Origin: Vitrella brassicaformis CCMP3155
Lineage: Eukaryota > Protista > Chromerida
Direction: 5' to 3'
Length of the DNA stretch: 64,000 bases
Assembly: GCA_001179505.1 (NCBI GenBank)
Contig: CDMY01000887.1
Span: 1 to 64,000 of the forward strand
The position numbers were made by a program, and so were the translations under genes. The notes under the pieces were generated by a model. It worked only from the letters and a program-made list of their open reading frames with translations. It ran no database searches and was not told the DNA's origin. Shown here piece by piece: positions 59,685 through 64,000 of the stretch (position 1 is its first letter; each line of letters begins with the position of its first letter).

Positions 59685-62600
59685 TTATATTTCCCCCACG
59701 GAGCTGCCGACGGAGAGCCGCTGCAGCTCGCTAATATGAGATGCCCTCCGCCCTCTACGATTTGTCGCATTGTCGTCCTCCGAACTCAACTCACTCGACG
59801 AGCGACCGATGTCTTCTCCCGCATATGAGTCCTTCTTCTTGGCGCTCCTGATCTTGTCACTGACAATCAGGGATCCCCCTCGGACTGTCTTGTCCTGTTG
59901 GCGGTCCTGTTGCTGCGGGGGGATGTAAGGGAAATTGGCGACAGAGGGCATATGAATGAGCACGCCGTCGAAAAGGGGGGTGTATTTGGAGGCGATGAGG
60001 ACGAAGGAGATCGACAAAATGTTCAATGTTGGGAAGAGAAGCAAACTGCATGCAATCAATAAAGGCGTGGACAACTGTATATGGGCTGCTGACTGACTGA
60101 CCGGTAAGCGCTACCAAGAAGAGACGCCCACATCCACTGACCGATCAGCACATCCTGCTGGTTCTCCAACACAGGGCACTTCGCATAGATAGCGCCTTGT
60201 CGGTTTGCTCACCGAAATGAACAGGATATTCCACCCAACACACGCGACATTCCACAATCTCCAGAGCGTCCAGCCAATGAAATCCATCATCCTCCAAAAG
60301 TGGATCTGCATCTCTCTCTCTGCTGCAGACATCTCCTCCTGAAAGAACAGAGACACATGCACGACCAACCACACTCTTGTCTCTCTCCATTCTTCTCAAT
60401 TTCTCTCACCCCAATCAAAAATCTTCTGAAGAGAGCATAAATGACGAAGCCGACAGCCGAGGCGATGACAAAGGACACCGCCGACACGGTCACTGTGGCA
60501 GCGGATGGCAGATGCGTCACTGAGGGAGGGTAACAGACGCGGGACAAGTAGAGGGCGCTCGAGTCGACGTACGGGTCAATCTGATGTCCGACAATATGGA
60601 CGGTGGCGCAACTGGACCAAAAGAAGAGGGAAGAGATGGTGATCATGCCCATCAAAGAGGCTTCCAGCGCAGCGAAGCGTTGAGCACGCGCGGAGAAGGG
60701 GTTATATGTAAGCCTGCGACATCCAAGAGACAAATTGTGGCCACTTTTCTTGTCGTCTACTCACGAGGATAGCAGAGGATGGTCCCTCTTCACAACCCGA
60801 GCGAGAATCTTGCAATTTGTCCACCGCTGGTACCGTAAGCGGTCAGCATCGGCCCTGGCCTAACAGAAAAAACAGCACTGGTCTTACATCTCCTCCACTC
60901 CGTCTGTTTGTGCGTCATCACACCAGTGGGCTGCCGGTTTTGCCGACGTCAACCACAGAGGGGCGCCGATACGTTGAGGCCACAGGGGGCCGATGAGACT
61001 CGGTGCCCGTGTAGAAGCTCGTGATGGTCTCACGCCTCTGCCTCTGCCTCTGCAGCTCCTCATCCTGGCCAGTCTCTTGGCTTCCAGCAGTGGAGAGGCG
61101 TAGTGTAGAGGCCTTCACTTGTGTGATGATGCGGGTGAACGATTCGGCAGGCAAGGGGTCGGTGAACATCAGCTGGTGACGCAGACAAGGCGACAGACAA
61201 GGCGACACGAATGTGCATTCGGCACTCACAATCAGCTTCCGCTTACTCTCATGTTGCCGAGGGAGACGGCGGTCTCCTCCAGTATCGGCTCTGACATGTC
61301 CTCCAGAAGTAGCCGTGGGTCACTTGTGAATCGTCCGAGGCCACATTCAGCACCTGAGAAGAAGAACATGGTCTCTTCTTTCCTGAAGCGACCACTTGCG
61401 CTCACCAGTCCATCGTGGCCCCACCAGATGTGTGCGCATTGACCATTGACCATGCAGAAGCAAGCTGAATACATCACTGGGCCATCAAAAGCGAAGGCGC
61501 TTGCTGGTGTTCGCTCAACTTCTCCCCCATAGCTCTCTAACAGAATTTTCCTCGCCTCCTTCGCCGCACGGATGACTTGGGCCACCGCTGCTACGCCGCT
61601 GGGAACCAGTGTCACCACTGTCGAGTGTGCTTCCGTCATCTCATGGATGGAAGGCCGCGCCGCAGAGGACGCCGGTGGCTTCGGCTGCTCATCACTCGGG
61701 GATCGCAGTGGGACTAAGAGGCTGTCCTGCTTGGAAGGCTGTTGCTGCGCTGTCTCCGGCGTGCAGGTCTTTGATGTTTGTTCCTTGATGGCTTGGCTCA
61801 TCAGCAGGTCTCTGTCGGTGTTGGTCGGCTGCAGGGACAGCAGCAGGGTGTGGTCTCGGTCGTACAGCGACACGGCGTGTTGATCCTGCTCGATGGTGTG
61901 AATGTCATCCAGCTCAATGGCTTTGAGCGGCTGCAAAACCGAACGAGCACAATGAATGGACGACAAGATGGAACGGCTACTGATTGATTGAGTACTAAAT
62001 ATGACTCACTCCATTTGTGTCAATCAAGTGACGCCACTGACCAAACACAGCATCGGAAAAAAGCCATAGTACACGCCTGTCGTGCATTCAACCGCTTTGC
62101 TCACCTTTCTGTCTGTAAAGTGGCTTGCAGGATGGCAGAACACCTCATATTCCGATGTCCATGTATGGAAGGGCTCCTGTGTCTGCTCTCTCAACACGAA
62201 GACACTCACTGCCGTTGGCGGAGGCACCGATATTTCGCTCTGCTGCTGAAATGGGGTATCTTCTATCTCTTCTTTCCTCGTCTCTCGCCTTAAATGCCGT
62301 CTTGGCTGCCGTTGGGTTTTTCTCTTCTTGTTGTCGGCCTTTTGCGTGTGCTCGATGTGGCTCTGCATGAGGAGAACATCAAGCTGCTCCAGGCGCTGCT
62401 CCTCCCTCCTTTGCTTGTTCGACAGCCTCTGGTGTCTCTTGGTCCCCACAGTGGCTCGAGACAGGCGCTTGGCCGTCTTGCTGTGCCTTTGCTGCTCAAT
62501 CTCGTTCAGGAACGCCTGAGTGAAAGCGTCTGCTTTCTCATGTCCGCCTCTCCTTCGTGACTCTCGGATGACCACCAGAGCATGTTTGATCGCTGATGGA

Positions 62601-64000
62601 TGGTCTCCTGCGTCCGAGTGCTTCTTTCGTGCGGCTCTTGTTGGGCAGAGAGCGTTGTACAGAAGGAAGAGCGGCAGCAACGGCAGGAGGACGAGTCGCG
62701 ATGTTGTCAAGTAAACAGGGCTGATAGTGAAGCAACCCTGAAGGAGACGCGAAAAGTGTCATTTTGCTTGTGTTCTGTGCCTACTACTTCAGTGGACGTC
62801 CAAAGAATGTACTCACAAGGAATCTGATTTCGGGCATGAGGACACAAAGACCACTTGCGAAGCCTTCCCTCCTCTCCAGGGTGTCACGAAAAAAATATGG
62901 CAGGCGATCCTCAATCGGCAGCCAATCCTTGCGATCCTACATGGGCATACAAGACGACACATGTATGTGCACGTACGTATTCTTCGCCAGACACGTCCAA
63001 AAAAATTACTCACTCGCAGCGACAGCGCCATCACGGGGACGATGAGAAAGGCGCACGAAAGGGCGACGAACAAGAGGCCGATGTCGCCTGTGGACATAAG
63101 CGGTCGATGCATACAAGTAACAGGTGTACATACATTCTTGGCCCAGCATACGTACCCGCCTTCAGCATAGTCAGCAGAACTTCCGGGTCGAAGATCAGAA
63201 GTGGGTTGCCAGCCTTTTGCTCGTGGGCGGGATACAATGCAGCCGCGAAGGTCGAAAGATGATTACACGTACACTGGCAGAACCAGGACGCAAAGATGTT
63301 CGCACTCATTTGTCGATGCACGTGCAAAACGGACCTGAATTGATTCATTGTTCGCCGACGCGTCGCAATGAGCATCGATGTACTGCTCGGCTTGTTCATC
63401 CCACTGCATGCAGAATGGTTGTCCCCTCCTAACTTGAGCAGTCGCGTTTCCGCAAGGAAATGTCAACACCACCGAGGCGTTGCCTAAGTCGTGTAGTTTG
63501 GTCTTGTCTCTCCACAAGTCGACAGTGATGGCTGTGTCGAGAATCAAGGCGTCTGCGGGGGTGTGTTTCGCCGAATACGGGTTTGTGGGGAGCTCCATTA
63601 TTATGGCCTGGGTAGCATAAGTCAAGCTTTGAGGAGACAGGAAGACGCGTCTCTACAGACAAAAACCCATATCGCAGAGACATTGTGTGGATGTGTTTCA
63701 GTCTGTGCCTTACTCATTCCATGCCTCACCCTCTTGATGCCGTTCGTCTTGTTGTCGTCTTTCAAAACCATGCATTTGATCGAAAAGTTGCCGTCTGCAT
63801 GCTCGTATTCTAATGAGTAATCCCTAGACACACACACACACGCGTTCCAGTGTGAACGTGTGTCGTACCCCTTACCTGGCGAGTGTACTGATGTCTTCGT
63901 ACACCGTGTTCTGCAGCGGATCCGAAATACACCGTATAGAGGAATGATTGACAGGCCACATTCTTCCTTTACCATGAGGGACAATGCGTTAGTGGCATCA
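59685..64000 (-). CDS. GPS-motif, polycystin/REJ-like multi-pass membrane protein (3' part; starts beyond the window)
   Basis: GPS FCMQWDEQAEQYIDAHC...IQ-CTCNHLSTF, TM1 IGLLFVALSCAFLIVPVMALSL, a long loop, then KRDHPLLS..YNPFSARAQR and further TM helices. Stop at 59685. Confidence 0.75.

Larger units (their letters stand above)
1..64000. repeat. Dispersed microsatellites, mostly intronic: (CA/GT)n, (GA)n, (CAGA)n, (GGAT)n, (GCATC)n 17138-17166, (GGCAA)n ~40729-40752, (CTCCT)n ~48049-48070
   Basis: Directly visible. They account for most HTHT/CVCV spurious ORFs. Confidence 0.95.

Noticed and set aside
1-64000. Most short six-frame ORFs (HTHT/CVCV/DRQT-rich) and long antisense ORFs such as 2865-4223, 9039-9845, 37611-38630 and 46808-47782
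   Set aside because: They are translations of intronic microsatellites or GC-rich shadows of real genes on the opposite strand.

Overview
Eukaryotic, GC-rich and intron-dense DNA. Introns are short GT-AG with (GT)n/(CTGT)n/(GA)n microsatellites. The style and the lineage-expanded F-box-like and BTB-TLDc families suggest a chromerid alveolate, probably Vitrella brassicaformis (inference, not verified). About 16 spliced genes can be reconstructed by hand. Recognisable ones are a base-exchange phosphatidylserine synthase, an intronless formiminotransferase, an Ig-like + arylsulfotransferase, a class I FBPase-like protein, a divergent kinesin, an alpha/beta hydrolase, a cytidylyltransferase-like protein, an RRM-RRM-exonuclease-like-Ycf45/SpoIIIAA ATPase fusion, and a GPS/polycystin-like membrane protein running off the right edge. 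They are interleaved with five F-box-like family genes, BTB-TLDc copies, pseudogene fragments, local duplications and two 300-N gaps. No rRNA, tRNA, CRISPR array or transposase/RT was recognised. Top leads: (1) an in-frame, intron-containing FG-nucleoporin-like segment inserted into an F-box, revealed by an uninterrupted paralog in the same window; (2) the RRM/pseudo-exonuclease/Ycf45 fusion with a damaged Walker B; (3) an intact FBPase homologue that has lost its metal ligands; (4) a kinesin with degenerate switch II and an upstream triplicated P-loop exon; (5) a 29-bp motif shared by two divergent promoters. All gene models are manual and exon boundaries may be imperfect.
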